The notes beneath the pieces were generated by a model, which saw only the letters and a list, made by a program, of their open reading frames with translations, made no database searches and was not told where the DNA came from. 64,000 nucleotides of DNA from an uncultured Pseudobdellovibrionaceae bacterium (GTDB lineage: Bacteria; Bdellovibrionota; Bdellovibrionia; Bdellovibrionales; JAGQZY01): positions 848 through 64,847 of the forward strand of contig CAZOGU010000008.1 of NCBI GenBank assembly GCA_964579625.1, read 5' to 3'. Below, in pieces: positions 9,615 through 18,320 of this stretch. Each line of letters begins with the position of its first letter. The first letter of the stretch is position 1. The position numbers were made by a program, and so were the translations under genes.

Positions 9615-10451
9615 ATGAAGTTATTTACAAATCTTTTCATTTTAACAAGTTTGTTGGCGGTGGCCTGCGGACCGACAAAGAATGATCCACTCCAAAAGTA
9701 CAAACACTTGAATCTTTCGAAGGATACTCCTTCAACAACACAAAAGGTTCAATTTAAATATCAAGATAAATATATCAAAGGTGACACCATCACAAAGTAC
9801 GTTGCTGTCCCAGTGACAACCGCCGTGAGCAATCAAGTTCTTGTCTATGTCAATAACTGCCCTCCAGAAATTATAAATGATGGGGAAACACCTGCTGACT
9901 GTGCAAAACGACTCACTGAATATGTGCCACAAATTTCTCTAGATGGACCGGTCTTTGAAGTGAAAGCCTATTCCGACGAACAAATGCTTCAAGAGGCTTC
10001 TGTGATTTTTAAAGAAGGCCAGGAAACAACTTATTATGTTGTTGGCAAAGTTCTTTATAAATCGATAGTAAACTTTGAATTAACCTTCGACAATCTTCCC
10101 GTTGGTTCAAAAGTTGAAGAGATCGAAACAACAGATGACGACAATATCGCTAAATATAAAATCACTTGGAAACCAGGACTCGATCTTATTAAAGGTGATA
10201 AAATTTCTGAGCAGTCTTCTCTTGCTACGACGCTCACAAACTTCGAATACAAAGATTCAGCTCAAAACAACTACTTAGTGGAAACAACTTTAGCTTACGT
10301 TTCAAAGAGTACTGAAGTGCCAATGCTTCTTTTATCTTCGGAAACCTCAGAGCTTACAACAGAAGACAGTGTAAGCGCTGAGGTTCAAAATTCAACCACA
10401 GATACAACAGTTCCAAAAACAACTTCATCAGATAGCGGGGGGCGCCGATGA
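9615..10451 (+). CDS. lipoprotein with Ig-like domain (GltK-like position), cluster 1
   Basis: Lipobox LAVAC. AKYKITWKPGLDL resembles LKFKWTPPVGF in the cluster 2 counterpart. Confidence 0.55.
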   Translation: MKLFTNLFILTSLLAVACGPTKNDPLQKYKHLNLSKDTPSTTQKVQFKYQDKYIKGDTITKYVAVPVTTAVSNQVLVYVNNCPPEIINDGETPADCAKRLTEYVPQISLDGPVFEVKAYSDEQMLQEASVIFKEGQETTYYVVGKVLYKSIVNFELTFDNLPVGSKVEEIETTDDDNIAKYKITWKPGLDLIKGDKISEQSSLATTLTNFEYKDSAQNNYLVETTLAYVSKSTEVPMLLLSSETSELTTEDSVSAEVQNSTTDTTVPKTTSSDSGGRR

Positions 10452-11209
10452 AAACTCTTTTAACTTTAACACTCACACTTCTTTTGGTTTCGCCAGCATT
10501 TGCGAAATCCAAAAAGACAAAAAGCACGCAACAAACTGCGAAAACGATTCAAGTCGATCAGCAATTGGATGGTCTTGGATCAAACGACGAGATCATAAAA
10601 AAAGCCCGCGCTTTACAACCCAATAACAGTATGCGCATCGTGCAAAAACGAGAAGTGGATCGCAATCTTCGCCCGGAGCTTGGACTTTCTTATGGATATG
10701 TGAGCGGCGGCGATACTTATCTCGAAACTCGCAACTGGGGAGCCAATCTTGATTTTCACATCACACCTCGCTGGTCTTTAGGACTTCGATACAATGATAA
10801 TAAAAACGCCCTCACTGATGAAGGTCAAAGAGTTTGGGATGCCGCTGCCGTAAAATTAGCCAATGGAGATGCCGATGTTGCAGCTCCCAATGTTGCTTTT
10901 CCAATCCGTTCTTACATGGCTATGATCAACTGGTATCCTATCTACGGTAAAGTGAGCTGGTTTGAGTCCGCAGTTAGTCAATTTGATTTTTACCTCACCG
11001 CTGGTGGTGGACAAGTGGAATGGCGTAACTTTTTCGAAGATGGCACATCTCCTATTTTTACCGGGGGAGCTGGCGTTGGCGTATGGATCAACTCTTGGCT
11101 TACAAGTCGACTTGAAGTTCGTTATCAAAACTACAAAGACCGCGTTGGCAATACCGACAGAACAATCGATGGCGTTGTGATGCAATTTGGAATTGGGATT
11201 ATGTTATGA
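10448..11209 (+). CDS. small outer-membrane beta-barrel protein (GltA/GltB/GltH-like), cluster 1
   Basis: Signal peptide and alternating beta-strand pattern. WYPIYGK and RLEVRYQNY motifs are shared with 52795..53481. Confidence 0.7.
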   Translation: MKTLLTLTLTLLLVSPAFAKSKKTKSTQQTAKTIQVDQQLDGLGSNDEIIKKARALQPNNSMRIVQKREVDRNLRPELGLSYGYVSGGDTYLETRNWGANLDFHITPRWSLGLRYNDNKNALTDEGQRVWDAAAVKLANGDADVAAPNVAFPIRSYMAMINWYPIYGKVSWFESAVSQFDFYLTAGGGQVEWRNFFEDGTSPIFTGGAGVGVWINSWLTSRLEVRYQNYKDRVGNTDRTIDGVVMQFGIGIML

Positions 11210-12033
11210 AAAAGGTTTTGTTAAGTCTTTTTTTGATCCTATTTGCTTCACTTTCTTGGGCTGCCCAAGGCGAACAGAAGATTTTATCCACGGCTCGAAA
11301 ACTTTTTGAACAAAAAAAGTTTAACGAAGCATTGAATGAATATCAAAAAATTCCTAACAAATCGGACCGTTATCTTATCGTCCTCGAAGAAAAAGCCTGG
11401 ACCTATATTCACTTAAACCAATATGATAAAGCACTAGCTGCATCACGCACGTTAACATCTCCCGCTTTAAGCGGACTTACAACAACAGAGCCCTTTCTCT
11501 TAAAAGCTCTTGTGCAACTTAAAATTTGCGACTACGTGGGTGTTTTTCAAACACTTAAAGACTTTAAAACGCAAAAGCGTGAGCAAATTGTCGCTATTCA
11601 AGAGATTGCAAAAACTCGTCAAAATTCTGTTTCTCGTCCCACTCTCGAAAAGTGGATGACAAACACCGAGGACTGGAAAAGTTTAGGCCCAGCGCTTGCG
11701 AAAATGCCACAACTTTTTTACCACGACAAAGGAATGCTTGCGGCTGCTAAAAACAAAAGCATCGCGCAAATGGAACGACGTCTTCAGGAACTTGCTGTTT
11801 TTGAAAACAATGAAAATCATCGCATTTTACAAAAGCTCAATCTGATCGAAGTGGAAGGCGTGCAACGAGTGCACATCGCTTCTCAGTTTAATCAAAAACA
11901 GGGTGAAACTTTAGAAAAATCAGACGACGACCTTGTGTTTAAAGATTCGAAAGATGATGTATGGCTTGACGAACTTGATAGCTATCAAGCAACGATTGAT
12001 CGCTGTCAAAAGAAGTCGGGGAGGACAATGTGA
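11206..12033 (+). CDS. secreted helical/TPR-like protein (GltC/GltE-like), cluster 1
   Basis: Signal peptide. LVQLKICDYVGVFQTLKDF and C-terminal VWLDELDSY..C are shared with the C-terminal half of 51188..52798. Confidence 0.6.
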   Translation: MKKVLLSLFLILFASLSWAAQGEQKILSTARKLFEQKKFNEALNEYQKIPNKSDRYLIVLEEKAWTYIHLNQYDKALAASRTLTSPALSGLTTTEPFLLKALVQLKICDYVGVFQTLKDFKTQKREQIVAIQEIAKTRQNSVSRPTLEKWMTNTEDWKSLGPALAKMPQLFYHDKGMLAAAKNKSIAQMERRLQELAVFENNENHRILQKLNLIEVEGVQRVHIASQFNQKQGETLEKSDDDLVFKDSKDDVWLDELDSYQATIDRCQKKSGRTM

Positions 12034-13463
12034 TGAGTGTGAAGAATGTTTCTCTTATTGTTTTAAGCGCCACTTTGCTCTTGGGTTGTAAACCCAAGAA
12101 TCCGAATCTCTACGGCCAGTACGAAGCGCCAAAACCGCTTCCAGAAAGCCCTATGCCCGAAGTTAAGAATACAGCTGGTCCAAAACCCACGCCTCAAGCA
12201 GCGCCTGAAGGCAAAAAGGTTCAGATCCCTGCTCCAATTCCTACGGCTCCAGAACCAGCTCGTTATACACAGGTGGATGATGAGATTTATAAACCCAAAG
12301 TTGATATTCTCTTCTTTATGGATCAGTCTGACAGCATGAAAGACGACCAAGCCAATTTGCAAAAAAACATTCGCAAATTTGCCGATAATTTTTCAAATAA
12401 AATTCAATTTCTTGATCTTCATATCGGCGTGGTCACTGCCTGGGACTCTATATCATATGCTGATTTAACTAATGATTGTACACTTGGGCAACTTCGCCCT
12501 CTCGGCGGACTCAAAAAACGTATTTCTGATATCAATAAACAAAAATACAAAGGACGATGTGAGCTTCAAGAAAACCAAGTTCCTTATATTACCAATGAAA
12601 CAGATCCTTCTCTTTGGGGTCCAACATTGAGTTTCGGTGTGGAAGCCTTTAAAAGAGAGACTTCAGGAAATGTGGCACTCAACTCGGGACCGCAACACGA
12701 AGAAATTTTTTCATCGGTCATTGCCGCTTTAAGTCCGTCAAATCAAACGATGAATAAAAACTTTCGTCGCTCTGAAGCTCATTTGGCCGTGGTCTTTTTT
12801 ACAGACACAGATGATTTTGATTACATTAACATCGATAAAGATGCGCTCAATCAAGATGCAACAACTAAAGCCTCTTTACAAAAAGAAGCCGCTAAGTTGA
12901 GCGTTAAAGATCGAGAAAATCTTGAAGTTCTTCCAAGTGAAATCGCCCAATTTCTTAAATCCCAAGAAAAAGAAAACGCCACCGTTTCTGTTTACGGAGC
13001 CCTCGGTCGTTACAACGACTGGATCAGCACGAATGGTCAAACACAAGGGGTTTATAAAAATGCTGACTTTTATATTCAGCAGCCCGGTCGCGGTCCGCGC
13101 AAAATAGTTGAATTCTTAGATCTCGTTAATGGAAAAGGTTTTGACTTACGCGACTCGAACTATGGGTCAAAACTAGCTGAAATCGGAAATGACATCGTAA
13201 AAAAGAGCTTAAGACGTGTCATTTCTCTTGATTACACACCTGAAATCGGAAATCCAAAACGTCCGATCATTGTCAAATACGGAGCCACACAAGAGATTCC
13301 GAAAGACGATAATGCGGGCTGGAGCTATCGCGTTGAAAAAGATCAAAATGGGAACAATGTTCACAAAATCATAATTAGCGAAAACTCAAATCTAACCCCA
13401 GAAACAGGCGCTAAATTCAGCGTCGAGTATACGCCAGTAAATGCGCAGACCAACGTCCAGTAG
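12033..13463 (+). CDS. VWA-domain (MIDAS) lipoprotein, CglB-like adhesin candidate, cluster 1
   Basis: Lipobox LLGC, Pro-rich linker, DILFFMDQSDSM (DxSxS MIDAS) and VVFFTDTDD strand. A GTG at 12030 is an alternative start. Confidence 0.7.
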   Translation: MSVKNVSLIVLSATLLLGCKPKNPNLYGQYEAPKPLPESPMPEVKNTAGPKPTPQAAPEGKKVQIPAPIPTAPEPARYTQVDDEIYKPKVDILFFMDQSDSMKDDQANLQKNIRKFADNFSNKIQFLDLHIGVVTAWDSISYADLTNDCTLGQLRPLGGLKKRISDINKQKYKGRCELQENQVPYITNETDPSLWGPTLSFGVEAFKRETSGNVALNSGPQHEEIFSSVIAALSPSNQTMNKNFRRSEAHLAVVFFTDTDDFDYINIDKDALNQDATTKASLQKEAAKLSVKDRENLEVLPSEIAQFLKSQEKENATVSVYGALGRYNDWISTNGQTQGVYKNADFYIQQPGRGPRKIVEFLDLVNGKGFDLRDSNYGSKLAEIGNDIVKKSLRRVISLDYTPEIGNPKRPIIVKYGATQEIPKDDNAGWSYRVEKDQNGNNVHKIIISENSNLTPETGAKFSVEYTPVNAQTNVQ

Positions 13464-13475
13464 TTGGTCTTTTCT
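13448..13475 (+). terminator. intrinsic terminator at the end of cluster 1
   Basis: gaccaac (13448-13454) / gttggtc (13463-13469), 8-nt loop containing most of the TAG stop, followed by ttttctc. Confidence 0.6.
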
Positions 13476-13507
13476 CAACAAAAAATATTTAGAAATCAGC
13501 CAAAAAA

Positions 13508-13533
13508 CCGATAGATAAATGAATATCTATCGG
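13508..13533 (+). promoter_or_regulatory. perfect 10-bp inverted repeat overlapping the cheX-like ribosome-binding region
   Basis: ccgatagata (13508-13517) / tatctatcgg (13524-13533), loop aatgaa. The right arm runs into the GGGAGAG Shine-Dalgarno of the ATG at 13543. Confidence 0.45.
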
Positions 13534-13542
13534 GAGAGTTTG

Positions 13543-14073
13543 ATGTCTGCGATTCGCAAATCCACCGTTATTATCAAAGAACAAAAACCTGTTACCAAAA
13601 AAAAGCTAGATGTTGCCTTTTTAAATCCCTTTATCAATGCCACAATCAATACAATGAAGGTTCAAGCGTCTGTCGACGTGACGAGCCTGCCTCTCGTCCT
13701 TAAAAATGATTTTAAACAGACTGTAGACATCATCGGTGTTATCAGCTTGGTGAGCAATATTTACGAAGGAAGTATTTCACTCTGTTTCCCAAAAGAAACA
13801 TTTGTAGCTATTTGTAATAATCTTTTTGGTGAATCTCATACAGAAATCAATAGCGAAATCGAAGACGCGGCGGGAGAACTCCTTAATATGATTTTTGGCG
13901 CCGCCAAGGGGCAGCTCAATACTCAATTTGATTATCAAATTTTAAAAGCCTTACCTGCAGTTATATCTGGACAAAGACTTAAGTTAAAACAATCCAAAGG
14001 ACCAACAATTGTTTTACCTTTCACATCCTCAGTTGGTTCATTTCACCTCGAAATCGAAGTGGTAGATAAGTAA
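13543..14073 (+). CDS. cheX: CheX-like CheY-P phosphatase
   Basis: Collinear with the Thermotoga CheX pattern: NPFINATINT.., IGVISLVSNIYEGSISLCF, EDAAGELLNMIFGAAKG, LPAVISGQRLKLK. Start moved from 13519 to the Shine-Dalgarno-preceded ATG at 13543. Confidence 0.8.
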   Translation: MSAIRKSTVIIKEQKPVTKKKLDVAFLNPFINATINTMKVQASVDVTSLPLVLKNDFKQTVDIIGVISLVSNIYEGSISLCFPKETFVAICNNLFGESHTEINSEIEDAAGELLNMIFGAAKGQLNTQFDYQILKALPAVISGQRLKLKQSKGPTIVLPFTSSVGSFHLEIEVVDK

Positions 14074-14080
14074 GGATTAT

Positions 14081-14485
14081 ATGTTTAACACGGCATCGCG
14101 AATTCTTGTTGTTGATGACATGCTGACGATCCGCAAGATTGCTAAAAAAATCTTGGGCGAATTGCATTTTAAACATATCTTTGAAGCGGCTGATGGCAAT
14201 GAAGCCTGGCAGGTGATTAATAGAGAAAAAAATCTAGATCTTATTCTTTCTGATTGGAATATGCCAAAGATGTCTGGACTCGAATTGCTTTCGAAAATCC
14301 GGTCAACTCCCGAGTACGCACATTTGCCTTTTATTATGCTCACCGCCGAGTCAGATATGCTGCAAGTGAAGCAGGCGATTTTGGCCGGAGTGGACGACTA
14401 TGTCTTAAAACCTTTCACGTCCGAAACACTCAAAGCACGCCTCGAAAACACTCATCAAAAAGTGTTAAGTAAAAAAGCTGCTTAA
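14081..14485 (+). CDS. CheY-like single-domain response regulator
   Basis: REC domain residues are present: VVDD, LILSDWNMPKMSG, MLTAES, VLKPF. Confidence 0.9.
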   Translation: MFNTASRILVVDDMLTIRKIAKKILGELHFKHIFEAADGNEAWQVINREKNLDLILSDWNMPKMSGLELLSKIRSTPEYAHLPFIMLTAESDMLQVKQAILAGVDDYVLKPFTSETLKARLENTHQKVLSKKAA

Positions 14486-14503
14486 TTTTAAATATTCTGT
14501 TTT

Positions 14504-14941
14504 CTAATTTTCAACTTCATCAAGTTCGACAGACTCAATCAATTCGCCTTGGTCGTCTTTGACTTTGGACGCAGGCTTGCGCGAAGACTCTTTACTCGCT
14601 ATGATTTTTGGCTTTTTAACCTCTTCATCGCCGTAAACTTTAAAGAGTTCTTCTTTGAGAAGCGCCATTTCAGAATCGATGGGCTTTTTCTCTTTAGCCC
14701 AACAACGCATTTTTTGCTTACGGATCCGAGAATCAAGTTCCGCCACTTCTTCTTTGAGAGGCGGGGAGAGCTTTAATGCAAGATCATAATTGATGTTTTG
14801 ATAGGAGATGAGGACTTGTTTGAGTTCTTCCACTCGGATTTCACTGTCAGCATGCAATCGCTCACAATTCAGGGCCGATTTCGAACTTGTCGAACAAGCA
14901 TTCAACACAAAGAGGGTAGAGAGAAGTAGGATTTTTTTCAT
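14504..14941 (-). CDS. hypothetical lipoprotein
   Basis: Signal peptide with lipobox LNAC and coiled-coil-like charged sequence. No recognised domain. Confidence 0.5.
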   Translation of the reverse strand: MKKILLLSTLFVLNACSTSSKSALNCERLHADSEIRVEELKQVLISYQNINYDLALKLSPPLKEEVAELDSRIRKQKMRCWAKEKKPIDSEMALLKEELFKVYGDEEVKKPKIIASKESSRKPASKVKDDQGELIESVELDEVEN

Positions 14942-14999
14942 AAGAAACTCTTCGGATTGATTTTTTAAAAAATAAGTCAGTTCTCAAATTAGGTCAAAA

Positions 15000-16178
15000 A
15001 TGACCATGAATATTGAGCCTTGCCTCAAAATAAAACATCGGGCACAATCTGCTAGAATGAAAAAAATAGGACGCGATCTCCTTTTTCAAACGGCCACCAA
15101 AGAACTCTACCGTGAATATCAGCGGCGAAACATCGAGCGCAAAATAGGGCTTGCCCCGTGCTTGATCCAAATCGTAGATAGCCGCTCGTTTTGGGGAAAA
15201 TGGAATCCGCAAGTTCGCACGATTTCTATCGCAGCTCCATTGATCGAAATTTACCCATGGCACGATGTGATTGGTGTTTTAAGACACGAAATGGCACACC
15301 AGTACGTGGATGAGCAGATGGATTCAAATCCTCAAAAAGAAATCCACGGTGATCTGTTTAAAAAGGCTTGCGACAAAGTAGGGGTTCCTTCGTTTTATGT
15401 TTCCGCCGCAGTTCATCTTCAGCAAAATACCTTGGATTGGCGACAGACGCAGGCTTCAAGCCAGGAAGAGACTCTGATTGAAAAGGTTCGTAAGCTTTTA
15501 AACCTGGCACAGTCCACAAACGAACACGAAGCGGCCTTAGCGATGAATCGCGTGCAAGAGATCTATGCTCGCTACAACTTGGAAAAATGGGAGAGCGGAA
15601 AGACGTCCCCTGAATTTTATCACCATTTTATTCGCCCTGGGCGAAAGCGACTTCATACCTTTGAGCAGAAGATGATGAGCATCTTGGTCAATCACTACTT
15701 TGTGGAAGTGATTGTCGGAAATGAGTTTGATTTGTCATCGCAAAGCGATCATCGCGTGGTTGAGTTGATCGGCACAAAAGAAAATGTTCTTATGGCTGAC
15801 TATGTTTACGAATATCTTGATCGAATTTGCCATGATCTTGCTGCCCATAAACGAAAGGATTCCAGCATTTCATTATCATCCAAGTCCATTAATGATTTTA
15901 AAATGGGTCTTCTTGTGGGTTTTGATGAAAAACTGAACTCTTTTAAAACAGCGCAAAAAAGTGGGGAGATCGACAAATCTCTTTTGCTCTTTAAAAAGAA
16001 TCCTTTTCTAAAGAGTTACATTTCGAAAATTCATCCACGCTTAGTGAGTGTGACCTCGAAATCCTCTTTACGAGATCGACAGTTTTTTGAAGAGGGGAGA
16101 GCCGAGGGGAGAAAACTCAATATTCAAAGACCCATGGAAAATAAAAAAAACCAAAAGAACATCTTCTTTTTAAAATGA
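15000..16178 (+). CDS. SprT-like zinc metalloprotease domain protein with DUF2786-like segment
   Basis: HEMAHQ zinc motif in an SprT-like context (WGKWNPQVRTISI..LRHEMAHQYVDE). LLNLAQSTNEHEAALAMNRVQEIYARYNL resembles DUF2786. The start codon is uncertain (15000, 15006 or 15057). Confidence 0.55.
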   Translation: MTMNIEPCLKIKHRAQSARMKKIGRDLLFQTATKELYREYQRRNIERKIGLAPCLIQIVDSRSFWGKWNPQVRTISIAAPLIEIYPWHDVIGVLRHEMAHQYVDEQMDSNPQKEIHGDLFKKACDKVGVPSFYVSAAVHLQQNTLDWRQTQASSQEETLIEKVRKLLNLAQSTNEHEAALAMNRVQEIYARYNLEKWESGKTSPEFYHHFIRPGRKRLHTFEQKMMSILVNHYFVEVIVGNEFDLSSQSDHRVVELIGTKENVLMADYVYEYLDRICHDLAAHKRKDSSISLSSKSINDFKMGLLVGFDEKLNSFKTAQKSGEIDKSLLLFKKNPFLKSYISKIHPRLVSVTSKSSLRDRQFFEEGRAEGRKLNIQRPMENKKNQKNIFFLK

Positions 16179-16203
16179 AACATAATTATAAATTACAAAA
16201 GAA

Positions 16204-16749
16204 TTAGCGAATAAATTCCACATAAACTTGCGGTTTATCGCCATCGAGCAAAAATCCATCCTCAATAAAACGAACTAGATTAAATCCAAAACGTGTTGCT
16301 TGTCGACCGACCCAAGTCTGAAGGGCCGCTTCTTCCTGAGAAAGTCCTTTCTGTATTGCGCGATGATAGGAATCAAAATTTGTTCCTTGGACCCAGCGAA
16401 CAATAATCACATCGATATTTTCGACACCAAAATATTCCATCATCTCTTTGTAGAGACGTTCTTCTTGAAGGCCGCTACGAACTTTGAGATCTTGATCAAC
16501 CAATAAAAAATCGAGCTCGAGAACGCGATTTTCCAGCTCACCTTCGAAGTAAAATTTGTTTTTGACATCAAAAAGTTTGAACTTTTTTTGATTGCGTTTT
16601 GATTCAACCAAAATCCCAGGAAGAATGCGAGTGTTCGATGTCCGCTTGGGAAAAACCATCTGGCAATGCATCTCCAAGGGACTGACTGCTTGAACGGGAG
16701 CCATGAAAATCAAAAAACTCAATAAAATAAGCATTCGGGGCTTATACAA
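16204..16749 (-). CDS. hypothetical secreted protein
   Basis: Signal peptide (..LIFMAPVQA). The listed start is a TTG, and an ATG 5 codons in is an alternative. No recognised domain. Confidence 0.45.
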   Translation of the reverse strand: MYKPRMLILLSFLIFMAPVQAVSPLEMHCQMVFPKRTSNTRILPGILVESKRNQKKFKLFDVKNKFYFEGELENRVLELDFLLVDQDLKVRSGLQEERLYKEMMEYFGVENIDVIIVRWVQGTNFDSYHRAIQKGLSQEEAALQTWVGRQATRFGFNLVRFIEDGFLLDGDKPQVYVEFIR

Positions 16750-16868
16750 GCATTAAAAACGATTTAAAAGCGTTTATATCGTCTTTTAAATATTTTATAG
16801 GGTGCCCCAAAACTGGAACCATTTCTTTTTTGTTATATTGTGCTACTACAGTGTAACAGGAGAAAATA

Positions 16869-17162
16869 ATGTCTGCTCAATCTGCCGATAAAAAACGTCT
16901 CAAATCCCTCATCGAAGTGCTTGTGATGTTGAAAGACCCCCAAGATCTTCGCGATTTTTTATACGACCTTTGCACTCCCGCAGAACTGGAGTCCTTATCC
17001 GATCGCTGGGAGGTTGCACAATGGGTCGACTCTAGCGAAAACTATCGCGACATTGCTGCTAAAACAAAAATCTCCACGACCACAATCACTCGTGTTGGCC
17101 GCACCCTCAAATATGGGGCGGGTGGTTACAAAAATGCAATTAACAGGATGAAATCGCTTTAA
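16869..17162 (+). CDS. TrpR-related YerC/YecD-family DNA-binding protein
   Basis: LCTPAELESLSDRWEVAQ..YRDIAAKTKISTTTITRVGRTLKYGAGGY matches the YerC/YecD helix-turn-helix core. Confidence 0.75.
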   Translation: MSAQSADKKRLKSLIEVLVMLKDPQDLRDFLYDLCTPAELESLSDRWEVAQWVDSSENYRDIAAKTKISTTTITRVGRTLKYGAGGYKNAINRMKSL

Positions 17163-17165
17163 CAA

Positions 17166-17732
17166 ATGCTTCGCAAGATAGCTCTTCTCCACTTACTACT
17201 TATTCCACAGATCACACGGGGAGAATCCCCAGTGTATCGCCAGCTTTTTATACTCCAAAGCTCGGAACCCGTAAAAACTGAGATCAGGGTCGAATACCAA
17301 GATCCAAAAGTTTTAAAATTATTCAGAAAGATCAATATGGTGTTCTTGGAAGATCCTCGGGGATATATAGAAAACACGCAAACTGTGGCAAAAATCACCG
17401 TACCGGAATCCCGCTGGGACGAAATTTTTGGCCAGGATTTTGAATCGGTGATCAACGAGCTTTCAAAAGTTAAGATTTACAAAATTGAAACCTACGAAGA
17501 TGGCACCCAGACACGAGTGTTTGATGCGCCTTTTTTAGTTTCGTATCGCAATGATGAATTAAAAACGTTTCCCAACGAATGGGTCACGACACAACGGTCA
17601 CAGACCTTTGAATTCGATCGACGCGTTTTAAGGATCATTGAAACCTACTTAGAACCCGCGCATGTCGCCTACATTTTAGAAGTTGGAGTGATAGAGCGAA
17701 GGGTTAAGAATAAAAAGGAAATTTATTATTAA
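17166..17732 (+). CDS. hypothetical protein
   Basis: ORF starting 3 nt after the TrpR-like gene with a hydrophobic N-terminus. No recognised domain. Confidence 0.45.
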   Translation: MLRKIALLHLLLIPQITRGESPVYRQLFILQSSEPVKTEIRVEYQDPKVLKLFRKINMVFLEDPRGYIENTQTVAKITVPESRWDEIFGQDFESVINELSKVKIYKIETYEDGTQTRVFDAPFLVSYRNDELKTFPNEWVTTQRSQTFEFDRRVLRIIETYLEPAHVAYILEVGVIERRVKNKKEIYY

Positions 17733-17786
17733 CCATAATAATAAATTTTCTTAGTAATTTCAGATAGATATGCGTTTCTTATAAGT

Positions 17787-17800
17787 TCTATTATGTTACA
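17787..17800 (+). repeat. left copy of 14-bp direct repeat tctattatgttaca
   Basis: Identical 14-mer at 18582-18595. On the minus strand it reads GTA ACA TAA TAG A, the same as the end of the kinase gene. Confidence 0.8.
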
Positions 17801-17812
17801 TGGCATGAGCTT

Positions 17813-17853
17813 TTGAAAATCTCTTTTCATAAAGTATATACCAATATATACTT
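17813..17853 (+). promoter_or_regulatory. sigma70-like promoter with overlapping palindromic operator for the NTase/BrnA-like operon
   Basis: TTGAAA (17813-17818), 16-nt spacer, TATATA (17835-17840). Perfect palindrome aagtatata-ccaa-tatatactt at 17832-17853, ending 5 nt before the ATG at 17859. Confidence 0.55.
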
Positions 17854-17858
17854 TAACT

Positions 17859-18320
17859 ATGTTTATCCATCAGCTTATAACAGCTCTCCAAAGCCATAAC
17901 GTTCAATTCGCTATTGTTGGTGGTTATGCTGTGGCCCTTCATGGGGCTGTTCGTGGAACCGTGGACATCGATATTGTCATAACCTTGAGTGAATCAGCTT
18001 TTATTAAAACTGAGTCGGCCCTACGCTCTCTGGGACTTCACTGCCGACTTCCTGTGACAGCACAAGAAATCTTTCAGTTTCGTAAAGAGTATATTGAAAA
18101 ACGAAACCTCATCGCCTGGACCTTTTCGAATCCTAAAAATCCAACCGAAATGGTTGATATCATCCTCACCCATGAACTTCATAAAAAAGAAATTGAGTTT
18201 AAAAATGTGGGTAAATTTCGTATTCCTGTCCTCAAAATTCCCGCCCTGATTCAGATGAAATCGCAATCAGGGCGCCCTCAAGACATTGAAGATATTAAAG
18301 CATTGGAGAAATTGGTATGA
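17859..18320 (+). CDS. minimal nucleotidyltransferase-fold protein (MNT/DUF2204-like), toxin-antitoxin-type
   Basis: VGGYAVALHGAVRGTVDIDI fits the G[GS]-x(9-13)-DxD NTase motif. C-terminal GRPQDIEDIKAL is typical of these small NTases. Confidence 0.6.
   Translation: MFIHQLITALQSHNVQFAIVGGYAVALHGAVRGTVDIDIVITLSESAFIKTESALRSLGLHCRLPVTAQEIFQFRKEYIEKRNLIAWTFSNPKNPTEMVDIILTHELHKKEIEFKNVGKFRIPVLKIPALIQMKSQSGRPQDIEDIKALEKLV

Noticed and set aside
13507-13514. ACCGATAG resembling a sigma28 -10 element (GCCGATAA) upstream of the cheX-like gene.
   Set aside because: There is no TAAA -35 element at 15-16 nt upstream. The match is better explained as part of the perfect 10-bp inverted repeat.
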